DNA from: an uncultured Oscillospiraceae bacterium
GTDB taxonomy: Bacteria > Bacillota > Clostridia > Christensenellales > Aristaeellaceae
Length of the DNA: 64,000 bases
Direction: 5' to 3'
NCBI GenBank assembly: GCA_964459985.1
Contig: CAYWOS010000007.1
Coordinates: 17,920 to 81,919, forward strand
The number at the start of each line of letters is the position of its first letter. Position 1 is the stretch's first letter. Shown here in pieces: positions 17,198-25,986 of this stretch. The translations under genes were made by a program, and so were the position numbers. The notes under the pieces were generated by a model, which was not told the origin of the DNA, made no database searches, and saw only the letters and a list, made by a program, of their open reading frames with translations.

Positions 17198-17237
17198 AGC
17201 GCGCCGGGCGTCGACAGACGCGTGCGCGCGCCCGCGC

Positions 17238-17268
17238 AAACGCCGACGGTTTTCGCCGCCGGCGTTTT
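17238..17268. terminator. stem-loop between convergent genes (bidirectional terminator candidate)
   Basis: AACGCCG (17239-17245) pairs with CGGCGTT (17260-17266). A-run upstream and TTTT downstream. Confidence 0.4.
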
Positions 17269-17305
17269 GTACCGAAGAATGATGATGTTGAGCAGGCGCG
17301 GCGGC

Positions 17306-18097
17306 CTATTTCCTGTCGGGCAGGTATCCCAGACTTTCGGAGGCGCGGCGCGCGATATCGATCAGCGCCGCGATCCTGCCGCCGTCAATGCCTCTCATGC
17401 GCGCCGTCGGGCCGCTCACGCTCATGCCGGCGACGACGCGCCCGGTGTAGTTGCGGATGGGCACGGCGACGCACCGCACGCCGATCTCGCATTCCTCGTC
17501 GTCAAAGCCGTATCCGTCCCGCGCGATCTTTTCAAGCTCCCGGCAAAGCGCGTCCCTGCGCGTCAGCGTATGCTCGGTGACGCGGGGCAGCCCGCGCGCG
17601 GCGATCACGCGGTCGATCTCCTGCATGGAGTAATCCGACATCAGCACCTTGCCGATGCCGGTGGCGTGCATCGGCGCGGCGCTGCCGATGAACTGATGGA
17701 TGGACAGCGTCTGCCGCGCGCCGGATACGTTGTCAATGTAGACGATGCGGTCGTCCTCCTCGCGCGCGAGATGTGCGGATTCCCCGAACAGCCCGGCCGC
17801 CTCCGCCACATAGGCATGCAGCGCGGCGGACAGGCTGAACTGGCCGCGAACCATTTCGGCGATCCGGCAAATCTTGAGGTTCAGGCAATACCTGCCCGTA
17901 TCGGCGTCCTGCGAGAGATAACCGGCGTTGTTCAGCGCGCCGAGAAAACGCGTGACGGTGGCGGCGTTCATATGAAGGCGCTCCGCCAGATCGACAAGGC
18001 GAACGGGCGCGTCCTGCGCGGCGAGCGCCTCGATCACAAGGATCAGTTTTTCGGCGGTCTGGTTGGCGGCGGTTTTCTTTTCGGTCGTCAGCTCCAT
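17306..18097 (-). CDS. IclR-family transcriptional regulator
   Basis: 263 aa. N-terminal wHTH LVIEALAAQDAPVRLVDLAERLHMNAATVTRFLGALNNAGYL and an IclR effector domain. Divergent from the ThDP-enzyme operon. Confidence 0.85.
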   Translation of the reverse strand: MELTTEKKTAANQTAEKLILVIEALAAQDAPVRLVDLAERLHMNAATVTRFLGALNNAGYLSQDADTGRYCLNLKICRIAEMVRGQFSLSAALHAYVAEAAGLFGESAHLAREEDDRIVYIDNVSGARQTLSIHQFIGSAAPMHATGIGKVLMSDYSMQEIDRVIAARGLPRVTEHTLTRRDALCRELEKIARDGYGFDDEECEIGVRCVAVPIRNYTGRVVAGMSVSGPTARMRGIDGGRIAALIDIARRASESLGYLPDRK

Positions 18098-18216
18098 GGC
18101 GGATCGGGCCTCTTTCCGTTATGCCAAGGCAAAATCGTATCCGGCGGACAGCGCGGCATCGGTATTCCGGCGCGCGTTTCCCGCCCGCCGAACCCGAATC
18201 CCTCGGATTCGCGGAC

Positions 18217-18245
18217 AGTATACCATGAAACAAAGCAAAACTCAA
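18217..18245 (-). promoter_or_regulatory. candidate iclR promoter (TTGAGT-17-TGgTATACT)
   Basis: Minus-strand -35 at 18245-18240 and -10 TATACT at 18222-18217, preceded by TGG. Confidence 0.35.
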
Positions 18246-18320
18246 CAGCGAAATCGCAAAAACGCGTTTGAGACCGTCGATGTTTTTTGTACGAAACGCT
18301 GTAAAACCTTCCGACAGGCG

Positions 18321-18349
18321 TTGACAGTTCTGTGAAAACAGCTTATAAT
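18321..18349 (+). promoter_or_regulatory. perfect-consensus sigma-A promoter (TTGACA-17-TATAAT) for the ThDP-enzyme operon
   Basis: TTGACA at 18321-18326, 17-nt spacer, TATAAT at 18344-18349. Sits in an AT-rich island 117 nt upstream of the ATG at 18466. Confidence 0.55.
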
Positions 18350-18361
18350 GATTGTGCTAAT

Positions 18362-18388
18362 TGAAATCAAATTTCATTTTATGAAATT
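18362..18388. promoter_or_regulatory. candidate IclR operator: alternating half-sites TGAAAT / ATTTCA / TGAAAT
   Basis: TGAAAT 18362-18367, ATTTCA 18371-18376, TGAAAT 18382-18387. Includes the 8-bp inverted repeat AATTTCAT-ttt-ATGAAATT (18370-18388), just downstream of the -10 box. Confidence 0.35.
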
Positions 18389-18465
18389 GATGGAAAAGCG
18401 CGCGGCGGGCGGCGAACCGCTCGCGGACGCACGGAACGCCATGAAAAAGAACGGAGGAAAACGTT

Positions 18466-20145
18466 ATGAAAGTCGCGGAAGCCATCGTCAAAATCATGGA
18501 AAAAGAAGGGATCACGGACGCCTTCGGCATTCCCGGCGCGGGCATCAATCCCGTGTACAAGTATCTGGAGGGCGCGAAGATCAGCCATTATACCATGCGC
18601 CACGAGGAAGCGTGCCCGCACGCCGCCGGCGGCTATTACCGCGCGAGCCACAAAATCGCGCTCGCCATCTGCACGGCCGGTCCCGGCGCCACCAATTTCG
18701 TGACGGGCATGTACACCAACTATATCGATTCCATCCCCGTATTGGCGGTCACGGGACAGGCGAACACCTGGCAGATGGACATGGAGCCCTTCCAGTACGT
18801 TGATATCGCGGACATCTGCAAAACGGTGACCAAAACGGCGGTTTGCGTCAAGAACCCCGCCGATCTGCCCGAGGTTATGCGCAAGGCGTTCCACGCGATG
18901 CGGAGCGGCCGTCCCGGCCCGGCGCTGATCGATCTGCCGCTCGACGTGCAGATGGCGGACATCGATTTTGATATCAACGACTACGAGCCCCTGCCCGTCG
19001 TCAAGCCCGCGCCCGCGCCCGCCGATATCGCGGCGGTCGCCGACATGCTGGAAAGCGCGAAAAAACCCGTGATGATCATGGGCGGCGGCGTCGTGCTGGC
19101 GGAGGCGTGCGATCGCTTCATCCGTCTGGCGGAAACGCTTCAGATCCCCGTCATCACCACCTACATGGCCAAGGGCGGCCTGCCCGAGAATCATCCCCTG
19201 AACGCCGGTCACGCCGGCATTCAGGTCGGCCAGCCCAGCGGCAATCAGGTATTCCTCGATTCCGATCTGGTGCTGGGCGTCGGCTGCCGCTTCAACGACC
19301 GGCACACGGGCAATCTGCAGGTGTATCGCGGCGAGCGCAAATTCATCCACGTGGACATCGAGCCGCGCCAGATCGGCCGCGTGTTCCAGCCCGATCTGGG
19401 CGTCGTGTCGGACGCCGGGCTGTTCCTTGACGCCATGCTCGCGGAGGCCGCGCGGCGCGGCATGAAGCCCGTGAACCCCGCGCGCGCCGCGTCCATCGCG
19501 CAGATCCGCAGGGACACCGCGCGCAAAACCGATTACGATCAGATCCCGATGATGCCCCACCGCCTGTTCCGCGAGATCAACGAGGCGTTCGACGGCGACA
19601 CGATGTTCACCACGGGCTGCGGCATCACGCAGATCTGGTCGGGTCAGCTCCAGACCGCCGATCGGCCCATGCACTATCTGCCGGCGGGCGGCGCGGGCAC
19701 GCTGGGCTTCGAGGTGCCGGCCGCCTTCGGCGCCAAGGTCGCGCACGAAGAGAAAACCAGCGTCACGGTCGTCGGCGATTTCGGCTTCACCTTCCGCGGC
19801 GAAGAAATCGCCGTCGCGTCGGTCTACGGAAAACCCATCATCGTGGTGATCCTGAACAACGCCTACCTCGGGCTGATCCGCCAGAACCAGAAGGGCGCGT
19901 ACGGCTTCGAGTACGCCGTGGACATGCCCTATAATCAAGACGGGCGGATCGACTACCTGAAGGTGGCGGAGGGCTACGGCTGCGCGGCGGAGCGCGTGTT
20001 CACGCCCAAAGAGCTGGCGGACGCGCTGCGCAGGGCGAAGGCGTCCGGCCGAACGTATGTGATCGACGCGATCTGCGTCAAGGAACAGCTTTGCGATATG
20101 GGCAACTCGCTGGCGGCCGTCAAATCTTGGGCGCCCGAGGCGTAA
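18466..20145 (+). CDS. thiamine-diphosphate enzyme, glyoxylate carboligase (Gcl)-like
   Basis: 559 aa. Recalled E. coli Gcl-like blocks: FHAMRSGRPGPALIDLPLDVQMADIDFD..YEPLP, HVDIEPRQIGRVFQPDLGVVSDA, NNAYLGLIRQNQ, KVAEGYGC. It keeps the canonical cofactor-activating Glu (RHEEA), where E. coli Gcl has Val, so the substrate assignment is uncertain. Confidence 0.75.
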   Translation: MKVAEAIVKIMEKEGITDAFGIPGAGINPVYKYLEGAKISHYTMRHEEACPHAAGGYYRASHKIALAICTAGPGATNFVTGMYTNYIDSIPVLAVTGQANTWQMDMEPFQYVDIADICKTVTKTAVCVKNPADLPEVMRKAFHAMRSGRPGPALIDLPLDVQMADIDFDINDYEPLPVVKPAPAPADIAAVADMLESAKKPVMIMGGGVVLAEACDRFIRLAETLQIPVITTYMAKGGLPENHPLNAGHAGIQVGQPSGNQVFLDSDLVLGVGCRFNDRHTGNLQVYRGERKFIHVDIEPRQIGRVFQPDLGVVSDAGLFLDAMLAEAARRGMKPVNPARAASIAQIRRDTARKTDYDQIPMMPHRLFREINEAFDGDTMFTTGCGITQIWSGQLQTADRPMHYLPAGGAGTLGFEVPAAFGAKVAHEEKTSVTVVGDFGFTFRGEEIAVASVYGKPIIVVILNNAYLGLIRQNQKGAYGFEYAVDMPYNQDGRIDYLKVAEGYGCAAERVFTPKELADALRRAKASGRTYVIDAICVKEQLCDMGNSLAAVKSWAPEA

Positions 20146-20188
20146 GCGCGCCGGACGCCGACCGATTCGTGAAAGGGGATACATGTAA

Positions 20189-21085
20189 ATGAAGGAATCG
20201 CTGCACAAATACTTCCAAATGGGCACCATCCAATGGATGAGCCATCCCCGGCGGGACGTCGTTGATTCGGTGCGCGCCATCGCGTCCGACGATTTCTTCG
20301 ACGCGATCGAGCTGTGCCATTTCAAGGACGGCGACAAGCGCGATCAGGTCAAAAAAATCCTCGGGCAGAGCCACATGAAGGTCTGCTACGGCGCGCAGCC
20401 GACGCTGATGGGCAACAAGCTCAACCCCAACGATCTGGACGAGGCAGGGCGCGCGCGCGCGGAAAGCGCGCTGATCGAGTCGCTTAACGAAGCGGAATAC
20501 CTCGGCGCGCGCGGCATTGCGCTGCTCGCCGGCAAATGGTCGCCGGACACCAGAGAGCAGGCGTACGCGCAGCTCCTCAAAACGCTTCGCGCCGTGTGCG
20601 GGGCGGCGAAGCAAAAGGACATGATCGTCGAGCTTGAAGTATTCGACTACGACATGGACAAGGCGGCGCTGATCGGCCCCGCGCCGCTCGCGGCGCGCCT
20701 CGCGGCAGATATGCGCTGCACGCACGCGAACTTCGGCCTGATGGTCGATTTGAGCCATTTCCCCACCACCTACGAAACGAGCCGCGACGTGATCCGCACG
20801 CTGCGTCCCTACATCACCCACCTGCATCTGGGCAACGCCGTGGTCAAGCCCGGCTGCGCGGCCTACGGCGATATGCACCCGCGCTTCGGCTTCCCTAACG
20901 GCGCGAACGACACGCCCGAACTGACGGATTACTTCCGCGTGCTGAAGGACGAAGGCTTCTTCCGCGCGGACGATCCGCTGGTTTTGAGCCTCGAGGTCAA
21001 GCCGTGGGCGGACGAGGAAGAGGATCTCATTCTGGCGAACACCAAACGGGTCATCAACCGCGCGTGGAGCCTGCTGGAAGATTGA
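20189..21085 (+). CDS. sugar-phosphate isomerase/epimerase, xylose-isomerase-like TIM barrel
   Basis: 298 aa. Typical pattern: FDAIEL, IVELEVFDYD, MVDLSHF, ITHLHLGN, LSLEVKPW. Confidence 0.7.
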   Translation: MKESLHKYFQMGTIQWMSHPRRDVVDSVRAIASDDFFDAIELCHFKDGDKRDQVKKILGQSHMKVCYGAQPTLMGNKLNPNDLDEAGRARAESALIESLNEAEYLGARGIALLAGKWSPDTREQAYAQLLKTLRAVCGAAKQKDMIVELEVFDYDMDKAALIGPAPLAARLAADMRCTHANFGLMVDLSHFPTTYETSRDVIRTLRPYITHLHLGNAVVKPGCAAYGDMHPRFGFPNGANDTPELTDYFRVLKDEGFFRADDPLVLSLEVKPWADEEEDLILANTKRVINRAWSLLED

Positions 21086-21122
21086 GCGGGCGCCCGGCGC
21101 GGGCGAAAGGACGGATCATGCG

Positions 21123-22085
21123 GTGAACATTGTCATCTTGGACGGATACACGGAAAACCCCGGGGATTTATCGTGGGACGGGCTGAAGGCGTTCGGCGAC
21201 GTCACGGTGTACGACAGAACGGACGTCCGCGACGAAGCGCTGATCCGGCAAAGGATCGGCGACGCCGAAATCGTCCTGACCAATAAAACGCCGATTACCC
21301 GCGCAACGCTCGACGCGTGCCCCTCGATCGGCCTGATCAGCGTGCTGGCGACGGGCTACAACGTGATCGATATCGCGGCGGCGAGGGAAAAGGGCGTCGC
21401 CGTCTGCAACGTGCCCAATTACGGCACGGCGTCGGTCGCGCAGTTCGCCATCGCCATGCTGCTGGAAATCTGCCATCACGTGGCGGGACACAGCGACGCC
21501 GTGCACGGCGGCCGGTGGGGGGAGTGCCCCGACTTTTGCTTCTGGGATTATCCCCTGATCGAATTGGCGGGCAAAACGATGGGCATCATCGGGTTCGGCA
21601 GGATCGGGCAGCAGACGGGCGCCATCGCCAAGGCGCTGGGAATGCGCGTGATCGCATTCGATACCGCCCGGACGGAAAGCGGCCGCGCGATCGCGGCGTA
21701 CGTGACGCTGGACGAGCTATTGGCGCAGTCCGACGTGATCGCGCTGCACTGCCCGCTTTTCCCGCAGACCGAGGGCATCATCCGCCGCGAAACCATCGAT
21801 CAAATGAAGGACGGCGTGATCCTGCTCAACAACTCGCGCGGGCCGCTGATCGTCGAAAAGGATCTGGCCGACGCGCTCAACAGCGGCAAGGTGTACGCCG
21901 CCGCCGTCGACGTGGTTTCCTCCGAGCCGATCCGGGCGGACAATCCCCTGCTGTCCGCCAAAAACTGCTTTATTACCCCGCATATCTCTTGGGCGCCCAT
22001 CGAGAGCCGGCAAAGGATCATGGACATCACGATGGACAACGTGCGCGCGTATCTCTCGCGCCATATGATCAATCTGGTCACATAA
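21123..22085 (+). CDS. D-2-hydroxyacid dehydrogenase (glycerate dehydrogenase / hydroxypyruvate reductase-like)
   Basis: 320 aa, GTG start. NAD fold GIIGFGRIGQ. Catalytic-region motifs NNSRGPLI and ITPHISW. Confidence 0.8.
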   Translation: MNIVILDGYTENPGDLSWDGLKAFGDVTVYDRTDVRDEALIRQRIGDAEIVLTNKTPITRATLDACPSIGLISVLATGYNVIDIAAAREKGVAVCNVPNYGTASVAQFAIAMLLEICHHVAGHSDAVHGGRWGECPDFCFWDYPLIELAGKTMGIIGFGRIGQQTGAIAKALGMRVIAFDTARTESGRAIAAYVTLDELLAQSDVIALHCPLFPQTEGIIRRETIDQMKDGVILLNNSRGPLIVEKDLADALNSGKVYAAAVDVVSSEPIRADNPLLSAKNCFITPHISWAPIESRQRIMDITMDNVRAYLSRHMINLVT

Positions 22086-22231
22086 CGACGCGGGCGCGCC
22101 GGTCAACCGGCGCCCGCCCCGTGAACGCTGCCGACGAGGAAAGGCGGTCGAAGGACGCGGAACCCCCGGGCGCGGACAAGCGCCGCCCCGGGGAGCGCCG
22201 CGCCGCAAATTCCGGACGGGAGGGATCTCTG

Positions 22232-23755
22232 ATGCTGTACGCCATCGGCATTCTGATGTTTTCTTCCATCGTCCTGATTTTATTCGACCGGCACAGCCGT
22301 TACAGCGTTTTCTTTATCATGATGGCGGTGGGCTGCATCTTTTCGCTGCTGTCGCTTGTGTTCCACATCAGCGTGTTCGGCAACTACTACTTCTACACCT
22401 CCAATCCCCTGTACGCCTTCGACTATCGCCTGTACACCCTGTTGATCAAGCGCTTCCGCTTTCCGCTCGCGACGGTGCTCAGGTTTCTCAATATCGGGCA
22501 TTTCCTGTACCAGTTTTCCAACGGCCTGTTCGCGCTGGAGGTCTATTCGTGCCGGCAATGGCAGCGTCCGCGCCGCCGTGCGGGCGAGATGCTGCATCGC
22601 CTCGTGTTCATCGTGCCCGTCATAACGCTGATTTTCTGCGATCCGCTCGTGTCCAACAGGCTGTACATATTCTGCCATCTGCATCTGGGCGAGTACGCGC
22701 TGCTCAACGCCCTGACGATCCTGTACAAGGCGCTGTCGTTCCTGATCATCCTGCTGCCCGTCTTTGATCTCATCGCGTACGCCCGGATCATACACATCCC
22801 GGCCCTGCGCCAGCGCATCGTCGCCCTGACCGTCGTGCTGACCGCGCTGCAGACGGGCTATTCCCTTTTGTTTTACGTGGGCGCGTACAGCATATCCGCC
22901 GAAAAGGTATTTCGGAGCGGCTACTGGATATTTGAGAACAATCCCGTCAATCCGCAGAGAATCTATACCCTGCTGCCCATTCTGACGCTCGTGCTGATGG
23001 TGGGCTGCCTTGCCATCCTGCTGTCCTTCCGGCTCGATCTGTCGATGCGGCCGTTCCTTGGGAGGAAAGTGCAGAAAAACCTAAAGCTCATGAACGAAAC
23101 GCTGGGCGACGTGCTGCACTCGCACAAAAACCTGCTGTTCACGCTCAAGATCAATCTCCAGAAGGCGAAGCAGCGAAAGGAAAGCCAAAGCATTCCGGAG
23201 ATCGAAAGGATCGACAGGCTCGTCGGCGGCGCGCTCAACGATACCGCGCATATGCTGGACAGCATCAGCGCGCAGCCCTACGCCTTCCATCTGTACGATC
23301 TGTCCAAGATCATCCTCAAAGCCGTCGACGGCACGTGGACCGACGACAATACCGAAATCAGGCTGGACGAATCGGTCTATCAGAGCCGGATGGGATATTA
23401 CGACCATTATCATCTGGAGCAGGCGCTCATCAACATCCTCAACAACGCCGTCGAGGCCGTCATGAAGACCGACAAAAAAACGCACGTCATCCATGTGCGG
23501 ACGGCGTTTTTCTTCCGTTGGGTGGTGATCCTGATCTCCGACAACGGCGTGGGCATATCGCCTCTGGAGCGCAGCAAGCTCTTCCTGCCGCACTATTCCA
23601 GCAAGAACGGCCGCCTGAACTGGGGGCTCGGGCTGGCGTACGTCTATAAAGTGGTCAAGGCGCATCTGGGGCAGCTCAAGATCGTCAGCCGCGAGGGGGA
23701 ATACACCTCCGTCATGCTGATGCTGCCGTCTGTCAGGAAGGAGAGAGAGGAATGA
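22232..23755 (+). CDS. polytopic membrane sensor histidine kinase, paralogue of 7729..9270
   Basis: Track ORF 21317 is an artefactual N-terminal extension across the dehydrogenase gene. ATG at 22232 (MLYAIGILMF) follows GGGAGGGA. Multiple hydrophobic segments. H-box-like LHSHKNLLFT, N-box NILNNAVEA, G1 DNGVGI, G2 GLGLAY. Confidence 0.8.
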   Translation: MLYAIGILMFSSIVLILFDRHSRYSVFFIMMAVGCIFSLLSLVFHISVFGNYYFYTSNPLYAFDYRLYTLLIKRFRFPLATVLRFLNIGHFLYQFSNGLFALEVYSCRQWQRPRRRAGEMLHRLVFIVPVITLIFCDPLVSNRLYIFCHLHLGEYALLNALTILYKALSFLIILLPVFDLIAYARIIHIPALRQRIVALTVVLTALQTGYSLLFYVGAYSISAEKVFRSGYWIFENNPVNPQRIYTLLPILTLVLMVGCLAILLSFRLDLSMRPFLGRKVQKNLKLMNETLGDVLHSHKNLLFTLKINLQKAKQRKESQSIPEIERIDRLVGGALNDTAHMLDSISAQPYAFHLYDLSKIILKAVDGTWTDDNTEIRLDESVYQSRMGYYDHYHLEQALINILNNAVEAVMKTDKKTHVIHVRTAFFFRWVVILISDNGVGISPLERSKLFLPHYSSKNGRLNWGLGLAYVYKVVKAHLGQLKIVSREGEYTSVMLMLPSVRKEREE

Positions 23756-24423
23756 TCCGCGTAGTCATCGCCGACGACATGGAGGATATCCGCGAATACC
23801 TGCGCGAAATCTTTGCCGGCGTGCCCGACGAAATGGAAGTGGCGGCGACGGCGACGACCGGGAAGGAAGCGGTCGAGGCCGTCCTGCGCGAATCGCCCGA
23901 TATCGTGCTGATGGACATCCAGATGGAAACGCGCATGGCGGGCATCCAAGCGATCGAGACCATTCACCGGCTCAAGCCGTCGGTGCGGTGCATCGCCCTG
24001 ACCATTCACGAGAACGACGAATACCTGTTCCGCGCGTATCAGGCGGGCACGTCGGACTACATCATCAAAACCATGCAGCCCGGCGACATCCTGCAGGCGA
24101 TCCGCGACGTACATGAAAACGAGCTGATGCTCCGCCCGCAGGTCGCCAAAAAGATCATCGGCGAATACCAGCGCCTGCAGGCCAACCAGTCCCGCGTGCA
24201 GGACGTGCTCAAGATCATGATGCTGTTGAGCGCCACCGAGTACGAGGTGCTCAAGCTGGTCAACGACGGCTACAACTACCGCGCCATCTCGCAGATGCGC
24301 TATGTCGAGGAAACCACCGTCCGCTCGCAGATCAACCATATCCTCAAAAAGTTCGGCAAAAAGCATATGCGCGACGTCGTGCATATGCTGCGCGATATGG
24401 ACATCCTTCCGAAGCTCCAATGA
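23752..24423 (+). CDS. response regulator, REC + LuxR/NarL-type HTH, paralogue of 7042..7725
   Basis: 223 aa. ATGA overlap with the kinase stop. MIRVVIADD, VLMDIQME, HTH TEYEVLKLVNDGYNYRAISQMRYVEETTVRSQINHILKKF. Confidence 0.85.
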   Translation: MIRVVIADDMEDIREYLREIFAGVPDEMEVAATATTGKEAVEAVLRESPDIVLMDIQMETRMAGIQAIETIHRLKPSVRCIALTIHENDEYLFRAYQAGTSDYIIKTMQPGDILQAIRDVHENELMLRPQVAKKIIGEYQRLQANQSRVQDVLKIMMLLSATEYEVLKLVNDGYNYRAISQMRYVEETTVRSQINHILKKFGKKHMRDVVHMLRDMDILPKLQ

Positions 24424-24559
24424 CCGCGCGGCGCGCCCGCGCCGTCCGCCGGGGCGAAAAGTTGACGTTTTTTCCACCTTTTCAAACCAGATATGACGTG
24501 TCATACTGTACGCAGCAAGGTGGATACACTCGTACCGACAAAAAAGGAGGGTCCCGGTC

Positions 24560-25900
24560 ATGAAAAGAATGGTTGCCGTACTGTTGAGCCTGTTCCTTCT
24601 GGTCTCCTGCGCGAGCGCTCTGGCGGAAGCCAAGGAGCCCGTTACGATCACGGTGTGGTCCAACGACGCGCACAGCAAAAACGTGTTCACGTCCTTTGTT
24701 GAGAAATTCAACAACGGCGTGGGCAAGGATCTGGGCATTATCATCGAGCTGTCGGTGTTCGGCACCGACTATTACAGCGTATTGGACGTCGCCCTGTCCA
24801 CCGGCGATGCCCCGTACATCTTCAAGTGCAACAAGATCCCGCAGTATGCCCGCGCCGGCAAGCTGGTCGCGCTGGAGACGCTGCCCGGCGGCGACGAGCT
24901 GATCGCCCCCTACAAGGAGAAGAACTCCGAGGGCGTCGGCCTGGTCGACGGCAAAACCTACGCGCTGCCCTTCAAGGCGACCACCGTGGGTCTGGCGTAC
25001 AACGTCGAGATGTTCAAAAAGCTCAACCTCGAATTCCCCAAGACGTGGGATGAAATGCGCCACTGCGCCGAAGTCATCACCGAGAACGGCAACGGCCTGA
25101 TCTACGGCTACGGTCTGGGCATGACCTATGTGTCCTACCCGCTGTTCTTCATCCTGCCGCCCTCCTCCGCGTCCACGGGCATCATGCATTTCGACAATGC
25201 CGCCTGCCGCTACAACTTCTCGGCGCTCGCGCCCTACATGAAGCATCTGCTTCAGATCATCGACGACGGCAGCATGTTCCCGGGCTATGAGACGATGGAC
25301 GACGACACCAAGCGCGCCCAGTTCGCCGCCGGCAACATCGGCATGATCCCCGTCTTCTCCCCCGACGTGGGCGTTCTGACCACGCAGTTCCCCGCCACCT
25401 TCGAGTGGGCGGTCGGTCCCTATCCCACGCAGACCGAGGACGTCCGCTACAGGATGTACTCCAACCCCTCCACCTTCTATGTCGTCAACCAGAAGACCGT
25501 GGACGACGGTATGCAGGAAAAGGTCATGGCGGTCATGAAGGCGCTTCTGTCCGAGGAAAACCTGCTCAACCTCTTTGAGGAAGAGAAGGACATGATCACG
25601 CGCGACGACGTGAAGGCGCTCTCCACCAAGACCGAGGTTTCCCCGCAGTGGAAGGCGTTCGGCGACGGCTCCTACCGCTACACCGGCTTTGGCACGCCCG
25701 ACGGCCTGCTGAGCCTCGAAGGCAGCACGTACAAGGAAGTCTTCGATAAGATTCTGACCGGCCTCGTCGACGTCGACGAAGCGCTCGCCGATCTGGACGT
25801 CCGCTACAACGCGGCGCTGGACAAGGCGATCGAAAGCGGCAGCATCAAGATCGAGGATTACGCCGTCAAGGATCTGTCGAAGATCGTTTCCATGGAATAA
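24560..25900 (+). CDS. CUT1-family sugar ABC transporter substrate-binding lipoprotein
   Basis: 446 aa. Signal/lipobox LLVSCASALA. AAGGAGG RBS. Confidence 0.85.
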   Translation: MKRMVAVLLSLFLLVSCASALAEAKEPVTITVWSNDAHSKNVFTSFVEKFNNGVGKDLGIIIELSVFGTDYYSVLDVALSTGDAPYIFKCNKIPQYARAGKLVALETLPGGDELIAPYKEKNSEGVGLVDGKTYALPFKATTVGLAYNVEMFKKLNLEFPKTWDEMRHCAEVITENGNGLIYGYGLGMTYVSYPLFFILPPSSASTGIMHFDNAACRYNFSALAPYMKHLLQIIDDGSMFPGYETMDDDTKRAQFAAGNIGMIPVFSPDVGVLTTQFPATFEWAVGPYPTQTEDVRYRMYSNPSTFYVVNQKTVDDGMQEKVMAVMKALLSEENLLNLFEEEKDMITRDDVKALSTKTEVSPQWKAFGDGSYRYTGFGTPDGLLSLEGSTYKEVFDKILTGLVDVDEALADLDVRYNAALDKAIESGSIKIEDYAVKDLSKIVSME

Positions 25901-25926
25901 TTCGCTCTGCCGACCCGCAAAGCGAC

Positions 25927-25962
25927 GCGCGGCGGATACCCCTCGCGGGGTATCCGCCGCGC
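25927..25962 (+). other. perfect 16-bp stem-loop after the binding-protein gene
   Basis: GCGCGGCGGATACCCC (25927-25942), loop TCGC, GGGGTATCCGCCGCGC (25947-25962). There is no T-tract, so an mRNA stabiliser or partial terminator is more likely than a full terminator. Confidence 0.55.
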
Positions 25963-25986
25963 GGAACAGAATCAGTAAAGGCGGCG

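Noticed and set aside
21317-22231. Track ORF 21317..23755 suggests an 812-aa kinase that overlaps the dehydrogenase gene.
   Set aside because: The first ~305 aa are an out-of-frame read-through of the 2-hydroxyacid dehydrogenase gene (Arg/Gly-rich). The paralogous kinase and an RBS support the start at 22232.
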